Shown piece after piece: positions 26,707 through 39,384 of a stretch of 64,000 nucleotides of DNA. The DNA is from Candidatus Omnitrophota bacterium (lineage in GTDB: Bacteria > Omnitrophota > Gorgyraeia > Zapsychrales > Zapsychraceae): assembly GCA_003522725.1 (NCBI GenBank), contig DPIG01000078.1, positions 18,746 to 82,745 on the forward strand. Direction: 5' to 3'. How positions within the stretch are numbered: position 1 is the first letter of the stretch; each line of letters starts with the position of its first letter. Made by a program: the position numbers and the translations under genes. The notes beneath the pieces are model-generated. The model had not been told where the DNA came from. It saw nothing but the letters and a program-made list of their open reading frames with translations, and made no database searches.

Positions 26707-27075
26707 TTATTCAATCTCAAACGCGTTTCTGATGAGTTCGACCGTAAAGCCGCCGGCGTCATCGGGGATCACGGCCACCGCGTCAAAACGCGCTTCGACG
26801 TCTTCGGTGTCTTGTCGCGCCAGATAACCCCGCGCCGCGCGGATGATCTTCTTTTGTTTGACCGGAGAAATCGACTCAAAAGGATGCCCGTGCCAGTCTT
26901 GGGTACGGGTGCGTACTTCAATGAAACACAGCGTTTTACCATCCTGGGCGATGATATCGATCTCGCCGAAGGCGTTGCGATAGTTGCGCGCAATGACACG
27001 GTAGCCTTCTTTTTTCAGCCGCGCCACCGCTTGTTCTTCCCCGAGCTTTCCAAGATCAAGGCGTTCTTGCGTCAT
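26707..27075 (-). CDS. yraN: YraN family (UPF0102) protein
   Basis: GKLGEEQA, RNYR..GEIDIIA, FIEVRTR, RFD. Start trimmed to ATG 27075. Confidence 0.9.
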   Translation of the reverse strand: MTQERLDLGKLGEEQAVARLKKEGYRVIARNYRNAFGEIDIIAQDGKTLCFIEVRTRTQDWHGHPFESISPVKQKKIIRAARGYLARQDTEDVEARFDAVAVIPDDAGGFTVELIRNAFEIE

Positions 27076-27698
27076 AGCTGGCACTGAAAACTCCGGCGCT
27101 GGATCAACGACGGGCCCAGGCGCCGGATCGCTTCTTTGTGTCCTTCGGTCGCGTAGCCTTTGTGCCGGTTGAACCCATATCCCGGGTAAACCCGGTGGTA
27201 AATGTTCAAGATCCGGTCTCGGACCACTTTCGCGACGACCGAAGCGCACATAATCGAAAGAACGCGTTCATCGCCTTTGATGATCGTTTTGTAATGGTAC
27301 GGCAGGTCAGAGCGGAAGCAGTTGCCATCGATAAGAAGGCATACGGTCTTCGCAAAATTCTTTTGGCTGGTCATCACCGGAGAAAGCCACGCGATGAGAT
27401 TGACAACGGCGTTATGCATCGCGAAAAATGTGGCCTGGAGGATATTGTTTTGGTCGATGACGTTTTCACTGATGATCCCGACGCCGACGTAGGAGCGCTT
27501 GTAAATTTCATGAAAAGCTTCTTCGCGCTGGGCGTGGGAGAGCTTTTTGGAATCCCGGACGGGAACGGAAAAGTCAGCTCGACGCAAGGCAACGGCGGCC
27601 GCGACCACCGGGCCGGCCAGCGGGCCCCGGCCCGCCTCATCGACACCGATGACGAGGTTAAAACCAGCTCTTCTGGTCTTATCCTCAATGGCTAGCAT
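27072..27698 (-). CDS. rnhB: Ribonuclease HII
   Basis: GVDEAGRGPLAGPVVA, DSKKL, IDG, KGD, ASVVAKV.RD, HKGY. Confidence 0.96.
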   Translation of the reverse strand: MLAIEDKTRRAGFNLVIGVDEAGRGPLAGPVVAAAVALRRADFSVPVRDSKKLSHAQREEAFHEIYKRSYVGVGIISENVIDQNNILQATFFAMHNAVVNLIAWLSPVMTSQKNFAKTVCLLIDGNCFRSDLPYHYKTIIKGDERVLSIMCASVVAKVVRDRILNIYHRVYPGYGFNRHKGYATEGHKEAIRRLGPSLIQRRSFQCQL

Positions 27699-27705
27699 AT
27701 TTTAA

Positions 27706-27767
27706 TACGTATTTCGTATCTCGTCGCTCGTATTTCGCAAAAACGAAATACGAGATACGAGATACAA
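27706..27767. repeat. Inverted array of 7-nt repeats (CTCGTAT / ATACGAG)
   Basis: TTCGTAT CTCGTCG CTCGTAT TTCG-caaaaa-CGAA ATACGAG ATACGAG. Confidence 0.85.
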
Positions 27768-27770
27768 AAA

Positions 27771-28145
27771 TTACTGTTGGATTGAGACTTGTTCCTTCTT
27801 GACGCGGGCGGCTTTGCCGGTGCGTCCGCGCAAGTAATAAAGCTTGGAGCGTTCGGCCACACCTTTGTTGACGACCTGCAAACTGTCGATAACCGGCGAA
27901 TGGATCGGGAATACCCTTTCAACACCTTCTCCGAAGGTAACCTTGCGCACGGTGAAGGTGCTTTTTAATCCCCGGCCGGTTTTGCTGATGACGGTACCCT
28001 CAAAAGGATGCAAACGGACCTTGTCGGCCTCGCGCACCTTGATTTTCATTTTGACCGTGTCGCCGACCTTGAAATCCGGCAGCTGCGCGCGTAGCGACCC
28101 GCTGTCGATGTCTTGTATGATTTTTTCCGCGTGTGTTGCTAGCAT
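27771..28145 (-). CDS. rplS: 50S ribosomal protein L19
   Basis: PDFKVGDTV, FEG, FTVRKV..GVERVFP, KLYYLR. Confidence 0.97.
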   Translation of the reverse strand: MLATHAEKIIQDIDSGSLRAQLPDFKVGDTVKMKIKVREADKVRLHPFEGTVISKTGRGLKSTFTVRKVTFGEGVERVFPIHSPVIDSLQVVNKGVAERSKLYYLRGRTGKAARVKKEQVSIQQ

Positions 28146-28181
28146 AATAACCTCCTAAAATAATAGTAGAGAGTAAGTTAC

Positions 28182-30066
<1,885 letters not shown>

Positions 30067-31104
30067 TTAAACAATAATCATCGCGTCACCGTAACTATAA
30101 AACCGATACTTTTCCCGGATCGCCCGCGCGTAGGCCTTCTTCATCAGTTTTGTCCCGCCGAAGGCGTAGACGAGCATCAACAACGTGCTGCGCGGCAAAT
30201 GAAAGTTCGTTATCATAACATCAACGGAGCGGAACGTATATCCGGGATAAATAAAAATATCTGTTTCTCCGGCCAGCCGGGAAGGATCCTCCACCGATGT
30301 TTCCAGGACCCGGCAGGACGTTGTGCCCACGGCAACGATTTTACGGCCCTCCGTTTTTGCCTGTTGAATGGAGACAAAGCTTTTTTTTGTGAGTGAATAT
30401 TCTTCGGTGTGCATCTTGTGCCGCGTGATGTCTTGCGCTTCCACCATGCGGAACGTCGCCAGATTGACATGCAGCGTGACGGTTTCGATCCCGTGTCCTT
30501 TCTCGCGTAACGCGTTCAATAACGCCGGTGTAAAGTGCAACCCCGCCGTGGGTGAAGCCACGGAACCTGGTTTGCGGGCGTACACGGTCTGGTAGTATTT
30601 GTGGTCCAGCGGTTCATCGGCGCGCTTGATGTACGGCGGCAGCGGCATGTGGCCGTGCCTTTGCAATTGTGCCGGAATATTCTTACGGTTGAACCTCACG
30701 ATCCGTTTCCCGATATCAGTGATCTCGGCGGTCAGGCTGCCGCCGTTGAACTGTATCTTTTCATTGAGTTCGAGCCGGTTGAGCGGCCGGATCAATGCTT
30801 CATAAGAACATCCGTCCCCTTCGGGAAGTTTCTTCAAAAGAAAGACCTCGACCTTGCCCGGTGTTTTCTCGCGGCGGCCCAGGAGCCGCGCGGGGATGAC
30901 TTTGCTGTCATTGAGCACAATACAGGAACCGGGCGGTAAATATTTTTCTACCTTGGCAAATACGTCGTGGGAAATCGCCTGGTTCTGGCGGTCAATGACC
31001 ATCAGCCGCGCCTGATCACGCTGACGCAACGGATATTGGGCGATCAATTCCTGCGGCAGATCAAAATCGAATTCGCAGAGCCGTAATGTATTCTCGGGAT
31101 CCAT
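30067..31104 (-). CDS. queA: S-adenosylmethionine:tRNA ribosyltransferase-isomerase
   Basis: FDFDLPQELIAQ, MPLPPYI, YQTVYA, GSVASPTAGLHF, TNFHLP, YSYGDA. Confidence 0.97.
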   Translation of the reverse strand: MDPENTLRLCEFDFDLPQELIAQYPLRQRDQARLMVIDRQNQAISHDVFAKVEKYLPPGSCIVLNDSKVIPARLLGRREKTPGKVEVFLLKKLPEGDGCSYEALIRPLNRLELNEKIQFNGGSLTAEITDIGKRIVRFNRKNIPAQLQRHGHMPLPPYIKRADEPLDHKYYQTVYARKPGSVASPTAGLHFTPALLNALREKGHGIETVTLHVNLATFRMVEAQDITRHKMHTEEYSLTKKSFVSIQQAKTEGRKIVAVGTTSCRVLETSVEDPSRLAGETDIFIYPGYTFRSVDVMITNFHLPRSTLLMLVYAFGGTKLMKKAYARAIREKYRFYSYGDAMIIV

Positions 31105-31109
31105 GTCTG

Positions 31110-32279
31110 TCAGGGAAGGTCAACGGGCGGCTGTTCGCGGTAATCGGTGATTTGCGCGCCGGGATAATAAAAGGCAAGAATCTCGTCGTATTTATGCCGA
31201 TCCTCGGCCATCTGGTGCGCGCCCCACTGGCACATCCCCACTCCGTGCCCCCAGCCCTTGCCGACCAAGTCAAAGTAGTAACCCTTCATGATAATTTCGT
31301 ACTTGTTACTTTTGATAATATTCGGGCCGATGATCGCGCGGAATTTGATGCCGGGGATCGTTGTCGTCTTGCCGTCACGGGCCGTGAGGACCAGATTATT
31401 GATCCGGCCGCTCTGGTTACGGCTCACCACATGGATATCGTGGATCGGGCCAAGGGTATATCCGTTGGCGTTAAGCTTGTCCTGGATATCTTTGGAACGG
31501 AAATTCTTCTTCCAGTTCGCGTGCGGCGCGAGCGCGCAGAATGGACACGGCGCGCCGGAGAGCGGCGGCAGGTTCTCTCCCCAGATATTCCTGGCGCTTT
31601 CCGTGTGGCCGCCGCAGGAAGCGTGAAAATACGCCGGCAGGATTTTATGATCATAGACAAGGATTTCCCCCAAACTACGCTTGACCGCGATATTGGTGCG
31701 GAAGCGTTCGGAATTTTTGCCGCCGTAGACCTGGGAGTAAATGTCGCCGGTCACATCGTATTCGTTATTTTTATTTTTTTTCATCTGATAAAGCGCGTAG
31801 GTACGGGCGGCCACGGCCTGGGCCTTCATCGCCTCCATCGGCCAGCGGTGCGAAACTTCGTGGTACAAAACGCCGCGGATGTATTGTTCGAGCTCGATGG
31901 TGTTGACGACCAGAAATTTCTTATTGGGTTTCTGGATGATGTCCAGCGCCCCGCGGTAACGTTGCGCTCTATCCGCCTGATATAGTGTGATGTCCCTGGT
32001 GGACGTCACGCGGATTTTGCGTAAAGGATATTCCTCGTTGTTGATCTTGATGCCGCCTGGATGCGTGGAAAGACGGGACTCCCGCAGACTCCTTCCCTCT
32101 TCGAGGACCGCGCCGGATCGAAGGTCGAGGATCTTGTACTTGCCCCGTATGGAAAAGTTCAGTTCATGGATGTCGTTTGAAATGGCCACACGGACATACT
32201 TTTCTTTGGACGGTCCGGCCGCGCGGGCATACGCGCAATTTCCCGCCAGCAGACCGACCGCGATGAGCACGCGGATCAT
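31110..32279 (-). CDS. SpoIID/LytB domain protein (lytic transglycosylase-like)
   Basis: ELEQYIRGVLYHE, EAMKAQAVAARTYA, SQVYGG, GWGHGVGMCQWGA. Start uncertain. Confidence 0.9.
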   Translation of the reverse strand: MIRVLIAVGLLAGNCAYARAAGPSKEKYVRVAISNDIHELNFSIRGKYKILDLRSGAVLEEGRSLRESRLSTHPGGIKINNEEYPLRKIRVTSTRDITLYQADRAQRYRGALDIIQKPNKKFLVVNTIELEQYIRGVLYHEVSHRWPMEAMKAQAVAARTYALYQMKKNKNNEYDVTGDIYSQVYGGKNSERFRTNIAVKRSLGEILVYDHKILPAYFHASCGGHTESARNIWGENLPPLSGAPCPFCALAPHANWKKNFRSKDIQDKLNANGYTLGPIHDIHVVSRNQSGRINNLVLTARDGKTTTIPGIKFRAIIGPNIIKSNKYEIIMKGYYFDLVGKGWGHGVGMCQWGAHQMAEDRHKYDEILAFYYPGAQITDYREQPPVDLP

Positions 32280-32488
32280 CGCTGTCGCCATAAGAAAAGA
32301 CCGCAACTTAGCAGGGCGCTTAATAACAGGCATGTGGTCAGCGGAAAATAAAAGGAAAAGTTCTCTTTTTTGATGACAATATCCCCGGGCAGGCGGCCCA
32401 GCCAGGGGATTTTTCCGGCAAAGGATAAAATGCCGCCTATGAGGATAAAGACAATACCGAGGATGATGAACGTTTTGGCTAGTCCCAT
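32276..32488 (-). CDS. DUF2905 family small membrane protein
   Basis: LGRLPGDI...NFSFYFPLTTC; typical ruvB-spoIID-queA context. Confidence 0.85.
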   Translation of the reverse strand: MGLAKTFIILGIVFILIGGILSFAGKIPWLGRLPGDIVIKKENFSFYFPLTTCLLLSALLSCGLFLWRQR

Positions 32489-32493
32489 GGTGA

Positions 32494-33525
32494 TCAATAA
32501 AGCTTTGGCTGGGTTTCTTTGGCGGCCGGAAGGACCTTCAAATGCTCGCCTGCCGTTTGCGTGAGCTCGCGGCCGCGGGGCGTGCGTTTTAAAAAGCCGA
32601 TCTTCAACAGATAGGGCTCGATCACATCGACGATCGTGTCCATTTCCTCGTTGAGGGTGGCGGCCAGCGTTTCGATGCCGACGGGTCCTCCCTTGTAATG
32701 CTGCGCGATCACCTTCAGGAGCTTGCGGTCTTTGTCATCGAGGCCGATCTCATCGATGGCCATGGCGCGCAACGCCTCATCCGCGACGCCGGCGGTAATA
32801 TTCCCGGTTTTTGTTTTGACCTGCGCGTAATCGCGCACGCGGCGCAGCAGCCGGTTGGCGATGCGCGGCGTTCCCCGCGCGCGGCGCGCGATCTCCAGCG
32901 CGGCCTGCGCCTCGAGCCGCACATTAAGTTTTTGGGCGGAGTTGGCCACGATCCGGCTTAATTCCTGGGCGCTGTAAAAATCCAGGTGATGAAATATCCC
33001 GAAACGCTCGCGTAACGGCGCGGCCAAAAGGCCGCTGCGGGTCGTCGCGCCAATAAGTGTAAATGGTTTGAGGTTGAAATTGATCGTCCTGGCGTACGGA
33101 CCCTTGTCCACGACAAAGTCGATCTTGAAACTTTCCATGGCCGGGTACAAGAATTCTTCGACGACCTTCGAGAGGCGGTGGATCTCGTCGATAAAAAGGA
33201 TGTCGCCTTCTCCGAGATTTGTGAGGATCCCGATCAGGTCCCCGGCGCGTTCGATGGCCGGGCCGGAGGTGATGGTGATGCGCGCGCCCATCTCATGGGC
33301 GACGATATTCGCCAAGGTCGTTTTTCCCAAACCCGGCGGCCCCGAGAACAAGATATGTTCGAGGCATTCCTCCCGCCCTTTGGCCGCTTGCAGCGACACC
33401 TGAAGGTTGGCCATCAGTTCAGTTTGCCCCACAAATTCGCTTAACTGCGCGGGGCGCAGGGACAAACTGTAGACCCGGTCCTCTTCAGTTTCCTGATTGA
33501 ACAGGATCGCTTTGCGCTCTTCCAT
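32494..33525 (-). CDS. ruvB: Holliday junction branch migration helicase
   Basis: LRP..FVGQ, GPPGLGKTTLA, FIDEIHR, RGTPRIANRLL, RTPRGR. Start trimmed to ATG 33525. Confidence 0.97.
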   Translation of the reverse strand: MEERKAILFNQETEEDRVYSLSLRPAQLSEFVGQTELMANLQVSLQAAKGREECLEHILFSGPPGLGKTTLANIVAHEMGARITITSGPAIERAGDLIGILTNLGEGDILFIDEIHRLSKVVEEFLYPAMESFKIDFVVDKGPYARTINFNLKPFTLIGATTRSGLLAAPLRERFGIFHHLDFYSAQELSRIVANSAQKLNVRLEAQAALEIARRARGTPRIANRLLRRVRDYAQVKTKTGNITAGVADEALRAMAIDEIGLDDKDRKLLKVIAQHYKGGPVGIETLAATLNEEMDTIVDVIEPYLLKIGFLKRTPRGRELTQTAGEHLKVLPAAKETQPKLY

Positions 33526-34276
33526 CGTCCGTGTCCTCACCCATGGGGATAATTTGTTTCTGGTTACGCATGACCTCGATTTCGCCAAAGACACCTTTCT
33601 GGACGGCAATGAGCTCTTTTAAACGGATCAGCTCCAGGACGGCCAAAAACGTCACGATGATCTCGATCTTCGTGCGAGCGCGCTCAAAAAGGTCTTGCAG
33701 CCGGATCGGGGACTCCTTGAGCAAAAGATGCAAGATGTCATGCAATTTTTTTTCGACCGTAAATTCTTCCGTGATGATCTCGTGGATCACTTCTTCCGGG
33801 GCTTTCTTGAGCGCTTCGGACAGGGCGCTGATCAGATCGAAAAGACTGGCCTCATAATAAATTTCCCTGGATTCTTCACGCAGCTGCTGGAGCGCGCCGG
33901 GATCGATGTTACGGCCGAAAAAGTCCTGTTGCAGGGTCTCTTTTTTCTTAAGGGCTTCGGCGATCTCCTTGAATTTTTTATATTCCAGCAAGCGGCGGGC
34001 CAGTTCATCGCGCGGGTCGAGTTCTTCTTCAGGCTGCTCATTGGGGTCCGGCGGCAGAAGCATCCTTGACTTGATCTGCATCAGAGTCGCGGCCATCACG
34101 AGAAAATCGCCGACGACATCCAGATCGAGCATTTTCATCATACTAATGTACTGCATGTATTGTTCGGTGATCTGGCTGATGGGGATGTCGTGGATGTCGA
34201 TATCGTCTTTTTTAATAAGATACAACAACAGATCCAGCGGCCCTTCAAATATTTCCAGCTTCAGTTTGTATCCCAT
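33485..34276 (-). CDS. scpA: Segregation/condensation protein A
   Basis: FEGPLDLLL, FLVMAATL..KSRMLLP, FLAVLEL. Confidence 0.93.
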   Translation of the reverse strand: MGYKLKLEIFEGPLDLLLYLIKKDDIDIHDIPISQITEQYMQYISMMKMLDLDVVGDFLVMAATLMQIKSRMLLPPDPNEQPEEELDPRDELARRLLEYKKFKEIAEALKKKETLQQDFFGRNIDPGALQQLREESREIYYEASLFDLISALSEALKKAPEEVIHEIITEEFTVEKKLHDILHLLLKESPIRLQDLFERARTKIEIIVTFLAVLELIRLKELIAVQKGVFGEIEVMRNQKQIIPMGEDTDDGRAQSDPVQSGN

Positions 34277-34318
34277 AATCTGTTTCCGTTAATCGTTGTT
34301 CGATTTATTTTTTTTCGC

Positions 34319-35302
34319 CTATCGGCCGAACACGATCTCTTTGACCTGGCCCATGGTTTCCCGGGCGATTTTTTGGGCGCGTTTCTGCCCGTGGTCCAGA
34401 ACCTCACGGACACGCTCTTTGCATTTGGCCAGGTCGTTGCGTTTCTCCTGAAAGTCCGCCAACCGGTCAACGATCGCTTCCCCCAGGATCGTTTTACATT
34501 CCGTACATCCTTTTTGCGCGTGGGTGCACCACTGGTGCACATCGTCGGCCCGCTGCGGAGAAAAAACCTTGTAATAACTATAAACATTGCATTTGTCAGG
34601 GTGACCGGGATCGGACAATTTAATGCGTTTAGGGTCCGTGAACATCGTTTTGACTTTCCTGACAATTTCCTGCGGGCTGTCGGAGAGGTTAACCGTATTT
34701 TTATAGCTTTTACTCATCTTGCGGCCGTCTAACCCTAAAAGACGCGGTGTTTCCGTCAAAATCGCCTCGCAATCGGCAAAAAAATCCGTTTTGTAAATAT
34801 GGTTGAACCGCCGGGCCATTTCTCTCGTCAGTTCAATGTGCGGCAACTGGTCTTCCCCGATGGGAACCGCGCCGGCTTTGTACAGAAGGATGTCGGCGGC
34901 CTGTAAAACAGGATACCCGAGAAAGGCGTATGTCTGCAGATCGCGTGTTTTGATCTCGCGCAGTTGTTCTTTGTACGTCGGGTTTCGCTCCAGCCACCCC
35001 AGCGGGGTTATGCAGGCGAGGATCATCTGCAACTCCAGATGTTCCGGAACATGCGATTGGACAAAGATGATCGATTTTTCAGGATCAATGCCGCAGGCCA
35101 TCCAGTCCAGGGCCATATCCATGATGTTTTCCGCGATCTCTGTGCTTTGCTCATATTCGCTCATGAGCGCGTGCCAGTCGACGATCGAAAAAATGCAGGC
35201 GTGTTTTTCTTGCAGTTCCAGCCAATTGTCGAGGGCGCCGACGAGATGTCCCAAATGAAGTTTACCCGTCGGGCGCATGGCGCTAAAAACGGTTTTTTTC
35301 AT
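34319..35302 (-). CDS. trpS: Tryptophan--tRNA ligase
   Basis: PTGKLHLGH, YPVLQAADI, GEDQ, KMSKS. Confidence 0.97.
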   Translation of the reverse strand: MKKTVFSAMRPTGKLHLGHLVGALDNWLELQEKHACIFSIVDWHALMSEYEQSTEIAENIMDMALDWMACGIDPEKSIIFVQSHVPEHLELQMILACITPLGWLERNPTYKEQLREIKTRDLQTYAFLGYPVLQAADILLYKAGAVPIGEDQLPHIELTREMARRFNHIYKTDFFADCEAILTETPRLLGLDGRKMSKSYKNTVNLSDSPQEIVRKVKTMFTDPKRIKLSDPGHPDKCNVYSYYKVFSPQRADDVHQWCTHAQKGCTECKTILGEAIVDRLADFQEKRNDLAKCKERVREVLDHGQKRAQKIARETMGQVKEIVFGR

Positions 35303-37674
35303 ATCTTTTGCGCGATTTTCTCGATCTCGTAGGCCTCGATGATGTCGCCGGCCTCAAACCCGGCAAATCCCGCGAAACTGATGCCGCATTCGGTGCCTTC
35401 GGTGACTTCTTTCACGTCATCCTTGAAACGCTTAAGGCCGGACACCGTGCCGGTGTATACCGGCTCTCCGTTACGCACGATATCAACGTGGTCCTTGCGG
35501 GTGACGCGGCCTTTGGTGACATAACATCCGGCCACGGTCCCCTGCTTGGATAATTTGAAGACCTCGCGGATCTCCACGCGCCCCAGAAATTTCTTGCGGA
35601 GCTTCGCGTCCAAAAGGCCTTCCAGTGCTTTTCGGATGTCATTGACGGCGTCATAGATGATCCGGTATTGCCGCACATCGACGGGGTCTTTTTCCAGTTC
35701 TTTCCTGGCGCGGACGTCGATATCCACGTGAAAAGCGATGATGATCGCCTTGGAGGCGACCGCCAAAATGACATCAGAGGAGTTCACGTCACCGACACCG
35801 GCATGGATAAGTTTGATCTTTACTTTATCGCTGGGGATCTTTGCCAGTGAATCTTTCAACGCCTCCAAAGACCCCTGCACGTCGGCTTTTATAATGACAT
35901 TAAGTTCCTTGATGTGACCTTCCTGCACCTGGGCGTAAAGATCTTCCAGGGTGACGCGGGAAGTCATTTGCAGGCGTCTGTTCTTTAGCTGTTCCTGGCG
36001 TTTGGCCGCGATGTCTTTGGCCTGGCGTTCATCCTCAAAAACGTAAAATAATTCTCCCGCTTCGGGGACATCGGACGGACCTAAAACCTCAACGGGCATG
36101 GATGGTCCGGCCTCCTTGATCGGGCGTCCGCGATCATCCATCATCGCGCGCACGCGGCCATAAAAAGGACCGACGACAATGTTGTCGCCTTCACGTAATG
36201 TCCCGCTTTGGACGATGAGCGTTGTGACCGAACCTTTGCCAGGGCTCATGTGGGCGTCAACGATGATCCCCGACGCTTTTTTGTCCGCGTTGGCTTTTAA
36301 TTCCAGCAGTTCGGCTTCCAGCAGGATCAATTCGAGCAAATTATCTACGCCTTCTCCGGTCATGGCGGAAACGCCCACGACAACCGTTTTTCCACCCCAA
36401 TCTTCCGCGGCAAGGTTATGCTCGGACAATTGCTTTTTGACACGGTCCGGATCCGCGTTCTTGCGGTCGATTTTATTCAAAGCGACAACAATGGGAACAT
36501 TCGCCGCGCGCGCATGATCGATGGCTTCCTCGGTCTGGGGCATGATCCCCTCATCCGCCGCAACGACCAGGACAACGATATCCGTAATATGCGCGCCGCG
36601 CGCGCGCATCGCCGTAAAGGCTTCATGGCCGGGTGTGTCCAGAAATGTGATCCGTCCTTTGGGAAGCTGGACCGAATAGGCCCCGATATGCTGGGTGATC
36701 CCGCCATGCTCGGTGTCGGTGACCTTTGATTTGCGGATACGGTCAAGTAACGAAGTTTTCCCATGGTCGACGTGCCCCATGAACGTGATGACCGGGGCGC
36801 GGGGTTTTAAAAGCTTGGGGTCCTCATCTTCTTTTTGATGGGTTTCGATGAGCTGTTCTTCCTGCGTCTTGATTTTGATGACATTATATCCGAATTCGCG
36901 GGCAAGCTTACTGACTACCGCCGCATCCATGCTCTGGTTGATATGCGCCAGAATCCCCATTTGCATCAACGATTTGAGGATGGCACTGGGTTTTTGCTGG
37001 ACTTTTGTGCTGAAATCCTTAACGCTGATGGGGACGCCGATTTCCAGATCAACGAGACGCTTTGTTTCAGCGGGCGCGGCTTCAGTAACCGTAGCGGCTC
37101 CCTGCTGCGTGCCGACCCCCGCGGGGGCTTCATAAACTGTTCCGGGAGTTGCCGGTTCATGAGTTGTCGGAAAACCTCTTTGTTCGAAACCACCCGTTTT
37201 TCGTTTCTTCCGGACTAAAGGCTTGAGCGCGACCATCGGCTCCCGGCTGATGGTAATTTTGGGCTTGATAAACGGCCGTTTTGCGGCGGGAGTTTCAGTG
37301 ACCGGCGATTTGGGGGGGGATGGCGCCTCCGCTTTTTTTTCAACAGGTTTTGGGACTTGAGGGACAATAACCTCTTTTACTTCTTTCTTAATTTCTCTTT
37401 TAGCTTCTTTCCCGGCCTCTTTTGCGGCCTTGGGCTTGGCTTCCGCCTCTTTCCTGGCTGGTTTAACGGCTTTCGCGGACTCTTTTGCCGCCGGTTTTCC
37501 CTCGGCCCTGACGGATGCTTTCTTTATTTTCCCCAGTTCGCTGCGGACCACAGAAGCAACGGCAACGCTTAGTTCCTGATCGCCATCCCTGGCCTTGAGC
37601 CTGAAAGATTTTAAAGTCGCCAGGACTTTATCACTTGTCGTATTCAGTTCTTTGGCTAATTCCGATACCTTCAT
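35299..37674 (-). CDS. infB: Translation initiation factor IF-2
   Basis: [33 protein letters not shown]. Confidence 0.98.
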   Translation of the reverse strand: MKVSELAKELNTTSDKVLATLKSFRLKARDGDQELSVAVASVVRSELGKIKKASVRAEGKPAAKESAKAVKPARKEAEAKPKAAKEAGKEAKREIKKEVKEVIVPQVPKPVEKKAEAPSPPKSPVTETPAAKRPFIKPKITISREPMVALKPLVRKKRKTGGFEQRGFPTTHEPATPGTVYEAPAGVGTQQGAATVTEAAPAETKRLVDLEIGVPISVKDFSTKVQQKPSAILKSLMQMGILAHINQSMDAAVVSKLAREFGYNVIKIKTQEEQLIETHQKEDEDPKLLKPRAPVITFMGHVDHGKTSLLDRIRKSKVTDTEHGGITQHIGAYSVQLPKGRITFLDTPGHEAFTAMRARGAHITDIVVLVVAADEGIMPQTEEAIDHARAANVPIVVALNKIDRKNADPDRVKKQLSEHNLAAEDWGGKTVVVGVSAMTGEGVDNLLELILLEAELLELKANADKKASGIIVDAHMSPGKGSVTTLIVQSGTLREGDNIVVGPFYGRVRAMMDDRGRPIKEAGPSMPVEVLGPSDVPEAGELFYVFEDERQAKDIAAKRQEQLKNRRLQMTSRVTLEDLYAQVQEGHIKELNVIIKADVQGSLEALKDSLAKIPSDKVKIKLIHAGVGDVNSSDVILAVASKAIIIAFHVDIDVRARKELEKDPVDVRQYRIIYDAVNDIRKALEGLLDAKLRKKFLGRVEIREVFKLSKQGTVAGCYVTKGRVTRKDHVDIVRNGEPVYTGTVSGLKRFKDDVKEVTEGTECGISFAGFAGFEAGDIIEAYEIEKIAQKI

Positions 37675-37680
37675 AAATGT

Positions 37681-38910
37681 CTATTCCTTTTCTTCATTTG
37701 TGGAACCCAGAAGTGACTTGGCGTCCTTGATGATTTTTTGGGCTTTGACTTCGCCGAGGCCTTTGACCTTTGTTAACGCTTGGACGTCCGCCGCGGCAAT
37801 TTTTTCCAATGAATCAAACCCGGCGCTTTTAAGTTGCGTCACGGTTTTTCCCCCGACCCCGGTCAGGGCGGCCAGGTCACGATTTTGGGACTGATCTGCC
37901 GCCGCGTCCCCTTTTTCCTCTTTTTCGTTTACGGATTCTTCCGCGCCGGCTTGTTCCTGCAATTGTTTCCATTGATCAAACGAAAAGAGGTCCAGTTCCC
38001 AGCTGACCAGCTGGCTTGCCAGACGGACGTTTTGTCCATGCTTGCCGATGGCCAGCGACAACTGATCGTCCGCGACGATAATATTTGCCTTCTTCCCATC
38101 ATAATTCAACTGGATCTGCGATATCTCCGCGGGGGAGAGGGCCGCCTGGATATATTCCTTGATGTCCGGGGAATAGCGGACGATATCGATCTTCTCGCCT
38201 TGCAATTCGGAGACGATGTTCTTGACGCGTGAACCGCGCATCCCGACACACGCGCCGACGCAATCGACCTTTTCGTCCTTGGAGTAAACGGCGATCTTGG
38301 TGCGTTCCCCCACGTCACGGGCGATCGATTTGATCTCGACGATCCCCTCGTAGATCTCCGGGACTTCCAGCTGAAAAAGTTTCCGGACGAAATTCGGACT
38401 GGCCCGGGACAGAAGGATCTGGGGACCTTTGCTGTCTCGCTTGACGTCCAGCACATAGGCCCGGATGCGGTCCCCCTGGCGGAATTCTTCTTTAGGCGAT
38501 TGTTCTTTTTTAGGGATGTACGCTTCGGTTTTGCCCAAGTCGACGATGATATTCCCCCGCTCAAAGCGGTAGATGCCTCCGGCGATGATCTCACCGATAC
38601 GCACCTGGTATTCGTTAAAGACGACATCTTTTTCGGCTTCGCGGATCTTCTGGATGACGACCTGTTTCGCGGTTTGTGCGGCGATGCGGCCAAATTCGCT
38701 GGAACGAATTTCCTGGCTTCCCGCGTAAGCGGTGATCCGTCCGGTTTTCGTATCCAGCACGGCACGGACCTCCTCATTTTTGTCGACCGTCCACAACTTT
38801 TTCGCGGCCGTGGCAACGGCGGATTCAACAGCCTCGATCAAGATTTTCTTGTCGATGCCTTTATCCCGTTCCAGTTGCTCGAGTATCGTCAATAATTCAG
38901 TGCTTTCCAT
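37681..38910 (-). CDS. nusA: Transcription factor NusA
   Basis: FGRIAAQTAKQV, S1/KH domains, AIGKHGQNVRLA, C-terminal HhH. Confidence 0.97.
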   Translation of the reverse strand: MESTELLTILEQLERDKGIDKKILIEAVESAVATAAKKLWTVDKNEEVRAVLDTKTGRITAYAGSQEIRSSEFGRIAAQTAKQVVIQKIREAEKDVVFNEYQVRIGEIIAGGIYRFERGNIIVDLGKTEAYIPKKEQSPKEEFRQGDRIRAYVLDVKRDSKGPQILLSRASPNFVRKLFQLEVPEIYEGIVEIKSIARDVGERTKIAVYSKDEKVDCVGACVGMRGSRVKNIVSELQGEKIDIVRYSPDIKEYIQAALSPAEISQIQLNYDGKKANIIVADDQLSLAIGKHGQNVRLASQLVSWELDLFSFDQWKQLQEQAGAEESVNEKEEKGDAAADQSQNRDLAALTGVGGKTVTQLKSAGFDSLEKIAAADVQALTKVKGLGEVKAQKIIKDAKSLLGSTNEEKE

Positions 38911-38928
38911 TCCGATTCCCTTCTTTAG

Positions 38929-39384
38929 TTATATTTCCTGAACTGCTTTTTGGATGTTATCAATGGCTAATTCCATCAATCCTTGGGGTGTGTCCACCAC
39001 CACCCGGTTATCCTTCACAGCTTCGATAGTGCCGGAGTATTCCAACCGCTCCTTGACCGGCGCGCGCAGATGGACCCGGATCGACTGCCCCATCTTTCGT
39101 GAGAAATCTTTTGTGGTGCGTAACGGCCGGTCCAGCCCCGGAGAGGACACTTCCACTTGAAAATCTTCTCCCAGGATCTGTGCTTCGTCACATTGCCTGA
39201 AAATTTCACGATTGATGGCCGAACATTCGCCGATCGTGATCCCGCCGGCGTCTTTATCCACCAGGACTTCAACAACCTGTGTTCTCCCCCGGCGCTTGAG
39301 GGTCAATTCGACGAGGTCAACTCCGGCGCGGGCAATGGAAGGCATTATAAGCTCATGGAGTTGCCGTGTCAATTCTTCAGACAT
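38929..39384 (-). CDS. rimP: Ribosome maturation factor RimP
   Basis: GITIGEC, VEVSSPGLDRPL; upstream of nusA. Confidence 0.93.
   Translation of the reverse strand: MSEELTRQLHELIMPSIARAGVDLVELTLKRRGRTQVVEVLVDKDAGGITIGECSAINREIFRQCDEAQILGEDFQVEVSSPGLDRPLRTTKDFSRKMGQSIRVHLRAPVKERLEYSGTIEAVKDNRVVVDTPQGLMELAIDNIQKAVQEI

Noticed and set aside
31110-32279. Evidence of sporulation
   Set aside because: SpoIID/LytB proteins are common in non-sporulating diderms in the ruvB-queA context.
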